A DNA stretch of 64,000 bases from Octopus sinensis. Its lineage: Eukaryota. Shown here in pieces: positions 38,979 to 51,106 of the stretch; the stretch's first letter is position 1; the number at the start of each line of letters is the position of its first letter. The translations under genes were made by a program, and so were the position numbers. The notes beneath the pieces are model-generated. The model was not told the origin of the DNA. It ran no database searches and saw only the letters and a list, made by a program, of their open reading frames with translations. The stretch spans positions 139,314,001 to 139,378,000 of the forward strand of contig NC_042998.1 of NCBI RefSeq assembly GCF_006345805.1, given 5' to 3'.

Positions 38979-39508
38979 TGTGTGTGTGTGAGAGAGAGAC
39001 AGACAGAGAATCCATGTGCCCTCAGGTCAATGACTAAGCAAATTTATGATTAAAGGTATTCCAACCATGACTATCTCATCCCTTTTTCAGGCATTGTGTA
39101 CCAAACGAATGAGTACAATATTCGATGAGTATCAGCTTTTTCAAGACTGTAGGTTGTAATCTAAAAGAGATTTAGCTACTATTTCTAGCAGGTCATGCAA
39201 TCCCATTGAAGCTCCTTTGCTAGTTTGTAAAAGCAGAATTTAAAAAAAAGATATCATCAACCATTATGTAACATCAACTTAGCAGATAATGCTTTGTTCA
39301 CAATAAAAACCATCAAAGAATACACTAATGAAATCTATTTTCATGTAAAATTTCAAAACTCTAAAAGAAATGCCGACTGTACTTAACCCATGCCCCTTTC
39401 ACCAGATGGTGTTATTTTTTTCTTACATCCCTCTCCAAGTTATGTTAAAAAAAGACAAAAAAAAACACGTATTTTAATCAAACAGAAGAAACTTTGTGCA
39501 AGGATTTA

Positions 39509-40253
39509 CAGTGATCCCTTGCTACTTCGCGGTTCAGCTATCGCAGATCCACAACTTTGCGGATTTTTAAAAGATATATATATGAACACCTAAAATTTTT
39601 CATTAAATCCAAAGAAGAAACGCAGCAAGAAACAGAAGAAGTTGTTGACCAAACTGGCTTGACTATGGAACGGCTGGCCAAGCTCTGCTACCTGGCTAAA
39701 GAATTGAAAGAGAGGTCACAGGAATGGGACGACGATATGGTTCGTTCTGTGCAATTTTGCAACAAGGTTGACGAAGTCATGAATCCTTACAAGATGCTCT
39801 TTGAACAGAAAAAGAAGCAGCGACAGTATCTTCCTATCACAATGTTTTTGCAGCCTCGCAAAAAAGAGCCAGTTCCTGCTGCTACTACTACGGCTGCACC
39901 TTCGGAAGAAGTGGAAGAGGTGTCCCAGGAAAGGGCACCGCCGTCAGCTTCATTATCATCATTTCTACTGAGCAGCAAATTCATCGCCATCATCATTCAA
40001 ATTTTACTTCAACTTTTTTCGTGTTGAGTACAGTAACAATCTTTATTTTTTTAAATCATAAGTGCTATTGCTTAACAGTTGTCCTTGTTTATTAATAGAC
40101 TACTGTAATGGGTGGGTTGTTAACAGTACAAGGAGAATTTTAAAAGTCCAAATACACATTAAATACTGTAAATATGGTGTCCCTACTTCACGGAAATTCA
40201 GTTATCATGGCCGGTCTCGGAACCAATCTACCACGATAAACAAGGGATCACTG
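39509..40253 (+). mobile_element. Tigger/pogo (Tc1-mariner superfamily) internally deleted DNA transposon retaining the transposase C-terminus
   Basis: TIR CAGTGATCCCTTG / CAAGGGATCACTG, TA TSD at 39507-39508 and 40254-40255; ORF 39557-40027 contains LTMERLAKL...NPYKMLFEQKKKQRQYLPITMFL, typical of Tigger C-termini; CpGs intact. Confidence 0.92.
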
Positions 40254-40464
40254 TATCATCTATATCTTCTTATACTATATCAGCAATTAATTTAGATATT
40301 TGCAAAGGCTAGTAGCTCTTCTATTAAATCATCTATGGAAATTGCAAAAGAAAGCAAGGGCTTTTATAATGAAAATATACTGAACCTTGACTAATTAGTT
40401 GTGTTTTCTGCTCACTAACAAAATATCTTACAAAACCCAACAAAGATTTTCTCTGAAAATGTGT

Positions 40465-40955
40465 TTAACCCTTTTGAGAGCAACCCTCTTGTGACTACCT
40501 TTGTTCCCATGATATGAGTTTCTGGCTTTGAAGTGATTTAAATCAAAACCTGCCATCAAACTTGCATATCAATTCATGTTCAGATACCAGGTTGAAAATA
40601 CGACAATTATTTTACTAATTTCTAGTTCTATGCTAAGTTAATTGAAACAAAGGCAGCATATGTCAGCAGAAATATGGTAACAAAAAGGTTCAAATATAAT
40701 TATTGTACATGGTTAACCCTTTTCTTAGCATATTTGTTGAAACCTTGTCTTTGTCTCAAATAATTTTGAAAACAATGAAGAATTTAATGAAATAACTGTC
40801 ATTATTAAACTGATGCTTGTAACATAATTTAACATTAAATTTTGATGGAAGGTTTTAATGTAGCTCGCTTTAACACAGGTAGTTTGTATTTTAGACTCAG
40901 GGGTCTGCTTTAGACCCAGTTGTATTTTAGACTCAGATGGGTTGGTATTAAGAGG
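40465..40955. mobile_element. two family-A MITEs in tail-to-tail inverted orientation
   Basis: About 40469-40688 (+) and 40717-40955 (-), each beginning TTAA-CCCTTTT. Confidence 0.7.
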
Positions 40956-41097
40956 ACAAAATATATTTTTCCTGATAAAATTAACAAACACCTCTGAACA
41001 TTCAGCACTCTCCATAGGACACCTTGATATTTGCTGCCCTCTTGTAAGGTCACACAATGCCACCAATGAGGCACCATTGCTTAGGATAAGAGCTACT

Positions 41098-41550
41098 TTA
41101 ACCATGTAGCATTCAGGTTACTCTATCAAATGTGATGCTTATTTACTCACATTGTTTTGAACTAAACATACTGCACAGCAGAAGTGTTAAGGCCACTCCC
41201 CCTGGTGAAGAGGACTGATCTGCAAGAATCTTGAACCAGTACTACATAAAAATCACTTGTGCCAGTGCCACATACAGGCACTTGTGTGGTGTCACATAAA
41301 AGCACCCAGAACTCTATAAAGTGGTTGGCATTGGGAAGGGCATCCAGCCATGGAAACCATGTCAAATCAGACTGGAGCCTGGTGCAGCTCTCCAGCTTGA
41401 CAGTTCTGGTCAAACTTATAGCTTTATTTCAATGATGTTATTTTTTTGAATGGTATTGCAGAGTAAGTGTAAGAGGTTAGATCTGGCTGATATTAACAAA
41501 AAACAGAATATTTGGGCTGAATATGGCTGGTTTAAATGCTAAAAGGTTAA
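41098..41550 (+). mobile_element. family-B MITE interrupted by an RTE-tail insertion (about 41165-41415)
   Basis: TTAA ends at 41098-41101 and 41547-41550; MITE body resumes after the insert. Confidence 0.7.
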
Positions 41551-43289
41551 AGTAATACTGTGCTTAATACAAACTATCATGAGAGAAAGAGAGAGAAGGT
41601 GAGGGTGAGAGTGATAACTACATATATTATATGCAGCTAAGAGTTTTAATATAAACAATACATTTGTAACTAGGTTAAAAAAAGTAAAGAACGCAGCAAT
41701 GGCAACCAAACAATTCTCACTTGTCAAGTAAATGTACTATTACATTATAATGAGTTGAGGAATTATTTCTCTCAAATTATGTATCTGCCATAATATCACA
41801 ACAATTATGGCTCAACAGTGTTTTTGGTTGCTTTACATTATTTTGCTTGCCTATTGTCAGACATAACTAAAATAATCCATATTGATTTAATGAATAGAGT
41901 AGAACATCATTTATAAAGAGAGCGATTGATATTTCGGAGTAACAGCTCAGATGCTTCCATCAGCCAAACTCCACTCACAAAGCTATTGAGCAACCTTTGG
42001 CTATAGTAGAAGACAATTACCCAAGGTAATATTTCTGAATTTAAACTTCTTGATAACAACCTGTCCAAGACCACTCTCAGTCCTTTGATATGAAATTCCT
42101 GTTTTTAAAGTGAGTTAAATTAAAAGCTTCCAGCAGAATTTCATGTTTCAAATACCAGTTTAATAATTTCCTGTTTCAAACACCAGTTTAATAATTAGTT
42201 ACTTTATAAAAATTCTACATGATCTTTCCTAGTCATCTGCCACAACTAAAACCCCACAAACGCCCAAGAAAGTGCACACTTCCCACCTTTCTTTAACCTC
42301 TACTTTACAACTCCATTCTTTAACCTCTACTTTACAAACTGAATGTATTTTACCTGTTGTTGTCATTTATCTTCCCTCTTTGCACTCTTTGTGAGGAACC
42401 TCTGCTAGCTGCTGGAGTACTCAATTGCACTTTTAAGTAGCAGCCAAACAAACAGCCCTATGTGCTCCAGTAACCGACTTGGCTTCTTGCAGAACTTGCA
42501 GAACTCATAAAGCACACACATGTATATGCTTTGTGGTGTGTGTATGCATGCATATACAGGTACATGGTTTCAGGTTTGTTCCCACTGTGTGATGCTTTGG
42601 GCTGAGCAGGTTGGGTGAGTATCTTCTACAATAGTTTCTGGCTGATTAATGCCTTAGAAATAAACCTCAACAAAAAAACAAGAAACCGTTCAGAAGCCTA
42701 CTAGATGTGTGCACACACACTCGCATGTGTGCATGCGTGCATACGTGTCTCTCTGTCTGATTATCTTCACACTGATACTACTAGGGCAGTAATTTTTGAA
42801 CCTGTGGAAGGCACACTAGATACCGAAATATCGTTCAACCAATTTCGCATGACAACTATAGCACTCTTCTGTTTATTTCTTAATAAAAATAATACAGCTT
42901 ATCTTCACATTGATACTACTAGGGCAGTGCCAACGTTTGTCCCACATAAACAATATGTCCAGCAGCTCAGCAGTTTGACAAGCAATAACCAAAAAAGAGT
43001 AAGTACCTTCCTTGCAAATAAATAAAGATTAGCATCAAGTAGGGAATCCAGCCATAGATATCTTGAGATATCTAACTGTATGCCAGCATTGGAAAACTAA
43101 GTGCAAACATGAACTAATGAATAAAACATGTGTGAACATGTATTCTTGCACCAGATTATTAAGGTACATCTCGAGATTAGGATAATGATTTTTTTTCTCT
43201 TTTTTTTGTGTTCTGAAGTAGATTTGGAATGAAATTCAAATATGCGATTTCAAGAAAAGAAGAAAAAAATAATATCTTTTATTTTTTTT

Positions 43290-43700
43290 ACTCATCTCAT
43301 TCATTAGTCTGCGGCCGTTTTGGGGCACCACCTTGAATAATTTTTAATTGAATGAATCAACCCCAGAACTTTTTTGTTTTAAAGCCTGCTACTTATTCAA
43401 GTTACGACAACATAAACACACCAATACTGGTTGTCAAGTGGAGGTGGGGGACAAATACACATACATACGATGGGTTTCTTCCAGTTTCCATCTACTAAAT
43501 CCACTCACAAGGCACACACACACACACACACATACGACTAGCTTCTTTTAGCTTCTATCTACCAAACCCACTTATAAAGCTTCTGACTGACCCAGAGCTA
43601 TATGGAAGCAGACACTTGCCTAAGGTATCATGCAGTAGGATTGAACCCAAAACCACATGGTTGAGAAACTAGCTTCTTAACCACGTAGCTACACCTACAG
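43290..43700 (-). mobile_element. S2 SINE with an internal partial duplication
   Basis: family match. Confidence 0.75.
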
Positions 43701-43745
43701 ATAAGGTAAACATTTTTTTCAAAAAGTGAATATATGATTACTTAC

Positions 43746-43850
43746 CAGGTACAAAGGAGTTATGAACATCACAGGTTCTGCCCTGGTATGTGTATATAGT
43801 AACCCACTGGCCAAATGAGTTTAAGCATTGTCAACAATATACAGGAAACC
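43746..43850 (-). other. candidate 105-bp symmetric spliced exon
   Basis: gttttttctctttacttcctcatag|GGTTTCC...GTACCTG|gtaagta; every frame has a stop, and the phase-1 frame has only one TGA (43833-43831). Confidence 0.4.
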
Positions 43851-44064
43851 CTATGAGGAAGTAAAGAGAAAAAACAACAACATCAGTAATAAAGTTAAGT
43901 TCACCAAGTTTGTTATGAATTGAAAGACAGGAAAATACAGTCAAAACAATTTGCTTCACCTCTGTTTAAAAAAGTGTCAATCTCTGAAACAAGAATACTT
44001 CTGTATTAAACTGACATATTGTGAAAATAGGATGTTCTAGTTCAAGTCAAGTGCTCACTCATTC

Positions 44065-44069
<5 letters not shown>

Positions 44070-44112
<43 letters not shown>

Positions 44113-44117
44113 GAGAG
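44070..44117. repeat. (GA)n microsatellite
   Basis: direct observation. Confidence 0.95.
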
Positions 44118-44395
44118 GGAATAATGCAGTAACACAAATGAAGGCTAACTTTAAAGTTACAATTTTTGAATTTCATATTTTATTTTGATGTCAGACGCCA
44201 AACAAGTCAGTAAGTACACCTCTAAAACATGACTAAAAATAATCACAAGTTAAATTGCTACTGAAAGAAAAAAATATAGAATAAAATAAGCTTCAATGCA
44301 AAGAAAACGTGTAAAGATTCACAGTAATATTTAATATGAATGGATTAGACAGAATTTAAAAGAATGAGAAGATAGAGGTTTTAAAAAATAGAGTA

Positions 44396-45205
44396 ACTGA
44401 AAAATTGAGAGAACAAAGCTAAAGAATAAAGTCTGAATTTTACAGTTTTAAGAAGAAAAGAGAAAGAAACAACCAGAGTGAAAAATTGAAAATTAAGAGA
44501 ATAAACTAAAAAAATAAAGTCTATATTTTATAGTTGTAGAAAGAGAGAGAGAGGGGGGGGAATAACAAAAAAAAAAAGAGAGAATGACAGAGAAAGAAAT
44601 ACTGAAGCTAAAAATTAAGTTTATATTTTATAGTTATAAAAGGAGAAAGAGAGAGTGAGAGAGAGCAAAAGAGAGCACGATAAAGAGAAAGAGGGCAAAT
44701 ATAGAGAGAAAGAGAGCAAAAGACAGACAGGGAGAGAGGGATAAAAGAGAGAGAGAAAAAATAGGACAGAAGATAGAAAGAAAGAGGGGAAAAGAGAGAT
44801 AGAGGAAAAGAGAGAGATGGAGGGAAAGAAAGAGGGGGAAAAGAGACAGCGGGAAAGAAAGAGGAAAGATATAGAGGGAAAGAAAGAGGGGAAAAGAGAC
44901 AGGGAAAGAAAGGGGGAAAAGAGAGATAGAGGGAAAGAAAGGGGGGAAATGAGAGAGAGAAAGAAAGAGGGCAAAAGAGAGAGAGAAAGGGAGCAAAAGA
45001 GAGAGAGAGAAAGGGGCAAAATGAGAGAGAGAAAGGGGCAAAAGAGAGAGAGAGAGAAAGGGGCAAAAGAGAGATAGAGAGAAAGGGGGCAAAAGAGAGA
45101 TAGAGAGAAAGGGGGCAAAAGAGAGATGGAGAGAAAGAAAGAGGACAAATGAGAAAAACTGAAAATTTGAGAAAGGTAATAAAAGTTCATATTTTTTAAG
45201 GAGAA
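44396..45205. repeat. polypurine (GA-rich) low-complexity tract / higher-order minisatellite
   Basis: About 500 bp nearly pure purine on + strand with GAAAGAGGGGAAAAGAGA and GGGGCAAAAGAGAG units; recurring AAAGT(C/T)TATATTTT motif. Confidence 0.9.
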
Positions 45206-47214
45206 AAAAGAGAAAGTGAGGGAGGAAAAGTTTTGCCATTAAGATGAAAGAAGCAAATGTTGGGATATTTTTTTCTTCTTTTAACAAAACCAGATTTAGT
45301 TACAGCCAGAAATCAATGGGAGACAGGAAGTTAAAGTAGATCTGCCCAAACAGAAAGATATTTTTCTAATAAAAATAAAAAATATACTATAGAGAAGATA
45401 AATGCCTTTACCAACTGCTATTATTGTAAATTCCTCAAGCAGCCATTACTTAAGTCATTATCTTATTTCACAACACTTCCATTTTACAAATTATCTAATC
45501 AAATGAATTGAATTAATCAACTCTACCTAGTGACTGATTTAACACCTGTAATTAAAAATATAGACAAAAACTAGTAAAATAAGTAAAAAGCATATAAATG
45601 CTTTTGTTGCTTTTGAGTAAAAGACTGATATAGATATATGTAATTGCTTGCCAACCACATGGTTCTGGGTTCAATCCCACAGAGTGGCACCTTGAGCAAG
45701 TGGTTTTTTTTTTTGTAACCCCAGGCCAACCTGTCTTGTGACAGGATTTGATAGATGGAAACTGAAAGAAACCCCACCCCCATTGTGTGTGCATGTGTGT
45801 GTGTTATTACTTCCTTGCCTTAAAATCATTTGATCTATGTAAATGTGTGTCATCATCATGTCTGGTCATGGGGCAATTTAACCAAACTTGAAAACAGATG
45901 AGGACTGGCAATGACAGGAAGAGCATCTGGCCACAGAAAATCTACCTCAGCAAATTCAGTCCAACCTATGTGACCATGGAAAAGTGAACATTAAAACAAT
46001 GATGATTTTGTGTGTGTGTGTGTGTGTGTGCGAAGTGCTTAGCTTTACAGAGGGGTTACAGGTCACCAACCATTAGGGTCTGAAGAGACGCTGTAAAGCT
46101 AAATGCTTTATGGACACAACTATCTTTATCTACTTACTTATATTGCTCTATAACTTAGTGCTTCTCTTTTAGATTTATGATTTACTTATTATAATCCAAA
46201 TAATAAGACAATACATCTTTAATGATCGGTTACAACTGTTTCTGTACCAATTCTGCTTTCAATGCCAGTTTACATAAAAACTCAAAGTGAAAATTTACAT
46301 ATTACATAAATTTTCACTATGAACTTTCACGTAAATTGGTACTGAAAGGAAGGTTAGTACAGAAACATTTGCTCATTAAAGATGTGTTGTCTTATTATTT
46401 GAATGTGATCATTAAAGATGTGTTAAAGTATTTCTTTGTCTTACTACTTGGATTATATTTTACTCTTTACTAAACCCACACATTTCGGTATTAGTCTGGA
46501 ATTTGACAGTGTCGACAGCCCAGAACTCAGGTTGAGTGCTGCATTAGAAATACCTTATCTTTATACCCTATCAGGACCTTACATATTAGATTCCACATAC
46601 TCCATATTCATTGGATATTGTACTTTTATTCGCTTTCATTTATTCCACTCGATGTAAAATTTTCTAAATGGTTGGATATAAGCCCTTCAATTCCATTGAT
46701 TATAACAAAAAAAAACACATGTAGACAATTTGTTTTGTAGTAAAGCCACAAAAGTTCTAGCTTGAAGCACATATTAAGGCAGCCAGAATAATGAATGGAG
46801 ATTGTTAAACAAAAAGGTTTATTTATATATAAAATGTGAACTTTAATTCTGTTGTGTCTGGGGAGAGTCATTTTCTTTTTGTGCCTTATTATGTAACACA
46901 CTCACCGGTAAAATTTCAACTTTTTTTTTATTTTTATTGTCCTAAAATTTTCGTTGTATCTTGCAAATTTAATAATTTCTGAAATTTATAATTACAAAAC
47001 CCAAAACATTTTAAATACCATTTATATTGGTTTGGTATTTGTTTTCTCAGTTTTCATTTGTAGAACCATTAAATAAACACAGTAAATAAACACAATATAA
47101 ACATCAGCTTTATTTGACTGGTATAAATATAAACAAATATACACACATACACACACATGCCTATGTAATTGTTTTCTATTTTCTGTAATCATAGATATCC
47201 TTCATTCTTTTACT

Positions 47215-47570
47215 TGTTCATTCATTTGACTGCAACCATGCTAGAGCCCCACCTTGAAGTCAAACAAATCAACCCCAGGACTTTCTTTTAAGCCTAGTAC
47301 TTATTCTATCGGTCTCTTTTGCCGAACTGCTAAGTTACAGAGACATAAACACACCAACACCAGTTGTCAAGTAGTGATTACACACACACACACACACATA
47401 TATGTATACAATGGGCTTCTTTCAGTTTCCATCTACCAAATTCACTCACGGTCTTGGTCAACCCAAGGCTATAGTAGAAGACACTTGCCCATGGTGCTAC
47501 ACAGTGGGACTGAATCCAGAACCATGTGGTTAGGAACCAAGCTTCTCACCAAACAGCCATGCCTGTGCCT
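47215..47570 (-). mobile_element. S2 SINE, full length
   Basis: family match. Confidence 0.8.
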
Positions 47571-47577
47571 ATATTTT

Positions 47578-47631
<54 letters not shown>

Positions 47632-49459
47632 TTTTAAGCTATCTTTTATTGTCATTTGATTTTTAGTATGCATTTATGCTTGTGTCTGTGTGGAAAGAGA
47701 GAGATGTGCAATTTTCAGTATACCTTCATACTAAAATATAGATTTAATTAGTGCACAGTATATGTGTTTGGTACAAACAGGCACACAAACAGACAAAAAA
47801 AAATAGCCAAATCAAAACACACTTAAGAAAAAAAAAAAGCACTGTATTTTCTGAGAGGTGTTCCTTACATTTAATCTGAGCTTTAACCAGTACAAAATCA
47901 CTGTAAGATTATTCATCTGGCCTAAAGCAGTGTTAGGCATCATATTTTATTAAGTGAGAGAGAGACAGACAGAGAGAGACCTAGGCTAGTTTCTTTTGGA
48001 ATATCTATTGGCCTCAATTCAAAAGAATTTCATGCATTCTAAACAACTACCATTGCAAGGCATGTTTCCAATCAAGCCATTAGATTTGAATTTAGATGTA
48101 ACTGGAAACCAGCAGCAAGGCTTCTTTATTCTTTCTGCCCATAATTAATATAATTTAGAATAATGAGCACATGTACTTTACCACATATTTTAAAAAATAA
48201 TTTCTGGTTTAAAAAAAAAATGGTCATTATTGCATCAACAAAAATATGGAAGCAGAAGAAGCAACTCCAGTGTTAAGTGTCCAGCTATCTATGTAACTCT
48301 CCAGCAGAGAAGAGGTATAAAAGGTACTTGGAACTAACAGTGGGAGCAGGTTATTACTTATGAAGAAAATGGACTAAACTGGTTTTATTTAAGTCTTAGT
48401 AATGTAGTCGACAAAAGATTTATTAGTTATATGTTGAAATATTACGTTATTTTAAATGTGTTTTAATGTCCATTCATCATCTTTACTATTGCTATAATTT
48501 CCATTATTCCATGCTTACATTACTAGAACAGATTTTTTATTGAGCAGGATTTTCTATGGCCAGATACACTTCCTGTCACCAACCCTCACCTGTTTCCAAG
48601 CAAGGTAGTGTTTCATCATGGCCCAGCATGCTTTCCCAGAATATTGGAGCTGAATGACATAGCTTATATGACAATGAAACTTATTATCAGGCAACGTCAA
48701 AACAAGGAGAGATAAACACATACACACATGCAGCAGGCTTTTCAGTTTCCATCTAACAAATTTTCAGGGCTAAAATAGAAGACACTTGCCCAAGATGGCA
48801 GACAGTGGGACTGAATCTGAAACCATGTGGTTTGGAAGCAAACTTCTTAACCACACACCCACACCTGCATCTATAGCTATTCTATATAGAATTCTAAGCA
48901 CCATATATTTAGAACCAGGGATAAAAACATTATTATTAACACAAACAATGAGTTCCAACTGAGCAACAAAATACATTATATTTTTTTGCTTAATGTCTGT
49001 TACATCTGAAAGTGATGAAAAATTGGAATTTGTTTCTATTATTCTTTGATTATACAGTATAGATCGTCAACATTCTATAGGTTCTGTGGTGATGCCATAA
49101 CAAAACTTCATTCTACCCATCCAGTCAAGCAGCTGATTTCCAATCAAAAAGACTATTCATGCCATAACTAATAACATTAAAAACAAAGAGTAGAATGTGT
49201 TCCAGATACTCTCTCAATATATATGATTGATTCTATATTGTAAATAAAAAACATACAAATTCTTCATGAAAGCAATATCTTAAAAGACAGCTAATAAGTT
49301 ACAACATTCATTAGATTATCTAAAATCTATGACAATTCCAATAATCTATAGTCTCATTTAATCACATTTTACTTTTTAAGTTTGTGTTGTGTGTTGTGTT
49401 TAGTTTGCTTGTTCTGTGCAACCTAAAAAAAAACAGTCTTTAATAATTAGAGAAATGTC

Positions 49460-49615
49460 AATACAAAGTTTCAAATTTTAGCACAAGGTCAGCAATTTTA
49501 GGGAATGGGTAAGTCAATTGCATTGACCTTAGCACTCAACTGGTGCTTATTTTATCAACCCTAAAAAGGATGAAAGGCAAGGTCAACTTTCATGAAATTT
49601 GAACTCAGAACTGAA
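49460..49615 (-). mobile_element. S1 SINE (partial)
   Basis: family match. Confidence 0.7.
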
Positions 49616-49734
49616 CCAGATAATGAAAGCAATTTACATCTGGTTATCAGTTAGCTAGACCAAGATAGATACACGCTTGATTCACTCAAACAAAAAGATG
49701 ATTATACATAATTTCATCCATCCATTCATCCATT

Positions 49735-50405
49735 TTCTCAACCCACTATTCCAGGGAAGGTCATGGAGGAAAAGTCCTCAGGCCCCTCTTCAATAGGGTC
49801 CTACCAAAAGCAACCATCATTACACTTTTTGCCTGGATTCACAAGCATGACCAACTGAGACTATGGATATTTTCCAACTATCTCATTCTTGGTCTACTCC
49901 TAGGTTTCTACTAACTGACTCAGCTGGAAGACTCTATTTTGCAATTCTTCCATGTAACACTCTCCATAGTACCAAAGCTGTGACCTCTCAATGATGCTGA
50001 GAAATAGTAGCTAGACCGATTGTGCTAAGTACACAAATGTAATTTTGTAATGAACTAAACACATTTACTGTTGATTAAACCAGCATGAACTATAAACATT
50101 TAATTCTAATTCATGTTTTATTCTTTATGAGTACATTTGGTATTTGAAAAGGAAGATGTTGTTTATCAGATGGTGTTGAATAATTCCTTTTGCTGATATT
50201 GTATTTAGTATTATTGCTAATTGTTCCTTCAGCTGCTTGCCTTTGTAATCATACACTTTCAGTCATTACCCAATATTCATGACCTCTTGATCTCTAAACT
50301 ACATGGCCTGTCAAGTAGCATTACTCCAGAGATCCTTCGCAGAAACCTCATTTCAGCTGCTTGTCTTCACAGAAACCTCATTTCAGCTGCTTGTCTTTGC
50401 AATCC
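49735..50405 (-). mobile_element. RTEX-like LINE fragments (49735-49990; 50225-50405), rearranged
   Basis: QAAEMRFLRRISGVMLLDR and ERSQLWYYG...RPRM..LENIHSLSWS; homologous to 12.4-12.7 kb. Confidence 0.7.
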
Positions 50406-50422
50406 TATTATTTTAGTCATTA

Positions 50423-50498
50423 CCGGGGTCGATTTGCTCGACTAAAGGCGGTGCTCCAGCATGGCCGCAGTCAAATGACTGAAACAAGTAAAAGAGTA
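50423..50498 (+). mobile_element. pristine 5'-truncated S2 SINE 3' end
   Basis: GGGGTCGATTTGCTCGACTAAAGGCGGTGCTCCAGCATGGCCGCAGTCAAATGACTGAAACAAGTAAAAGAGTA with all CpGs retained, unlike the other copies. Confidence 0.8.
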
Positions 50499-51065
50499 TC
50501 CAATATTTATGACTGTAATGAAGACAGGTACATAAAATTCAAAACATAAACAAAACTGAAGGGCAAAATGTTGGCCCAAGAGATCCTTGTAAGACACAAT
50601 ATTATGTTGTCAGAACATAATGGGAAACATCATGCATGAATTACAATAATCCTCTTGTCCTCTCATAAATCTTCATTATAATATGAAAATAAAGTCTGTT
50701 TGTTATTTTTCAACATAATTCATTATCAAATAATATTTATTTTATTTTTGACTTCGTTTCAGTCACTAGACAGTAAGTATGTTAGGGTACTGCCCTGAAG
50801 GGTTTTAGTTAAACAGATTGATCCCAGTAATTATTTCTTTTTTAAAGCCCAGTACTTATTCTATTTTCCACTTTTGCCAGATGGCTAAGTTATAGAGATA
50901 TAAACTAACCAATACCAGTTGCCAAATGGTGGGATGAAGATAAACACAGACACAATGATACACATATAAACTTGTTACCAGTTGAAATATACCTGAGGTA
51001 TATTCAAACAAGTAAAAAGCTATTCACTGTGTATGTATGTGTGTGTGTGTGCGCGCATGTGCGTG

Positions 51066-51106
<41 letters not shown>

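Noticed and set aside
43746-43850. Resemblance of GFPVYC*QC...C.VHN to the innexin first extracellular loop
   Set aside because: Spacing and key residues do not fit well; likely coincidental.
44608-45287. Long F/L/S/P-rich and E/R/K-rich ORFs (up to 217 aa)
   Set aside because: These are by-products of the stop-free GA/CT low-complexity tract.
46830-46980. Strong minus-strand donor CCG|GTGAGT at about 46900
   Set aside because: No matching acceptor or open frame; the surrounding sequence looks like an unclassified repeat.
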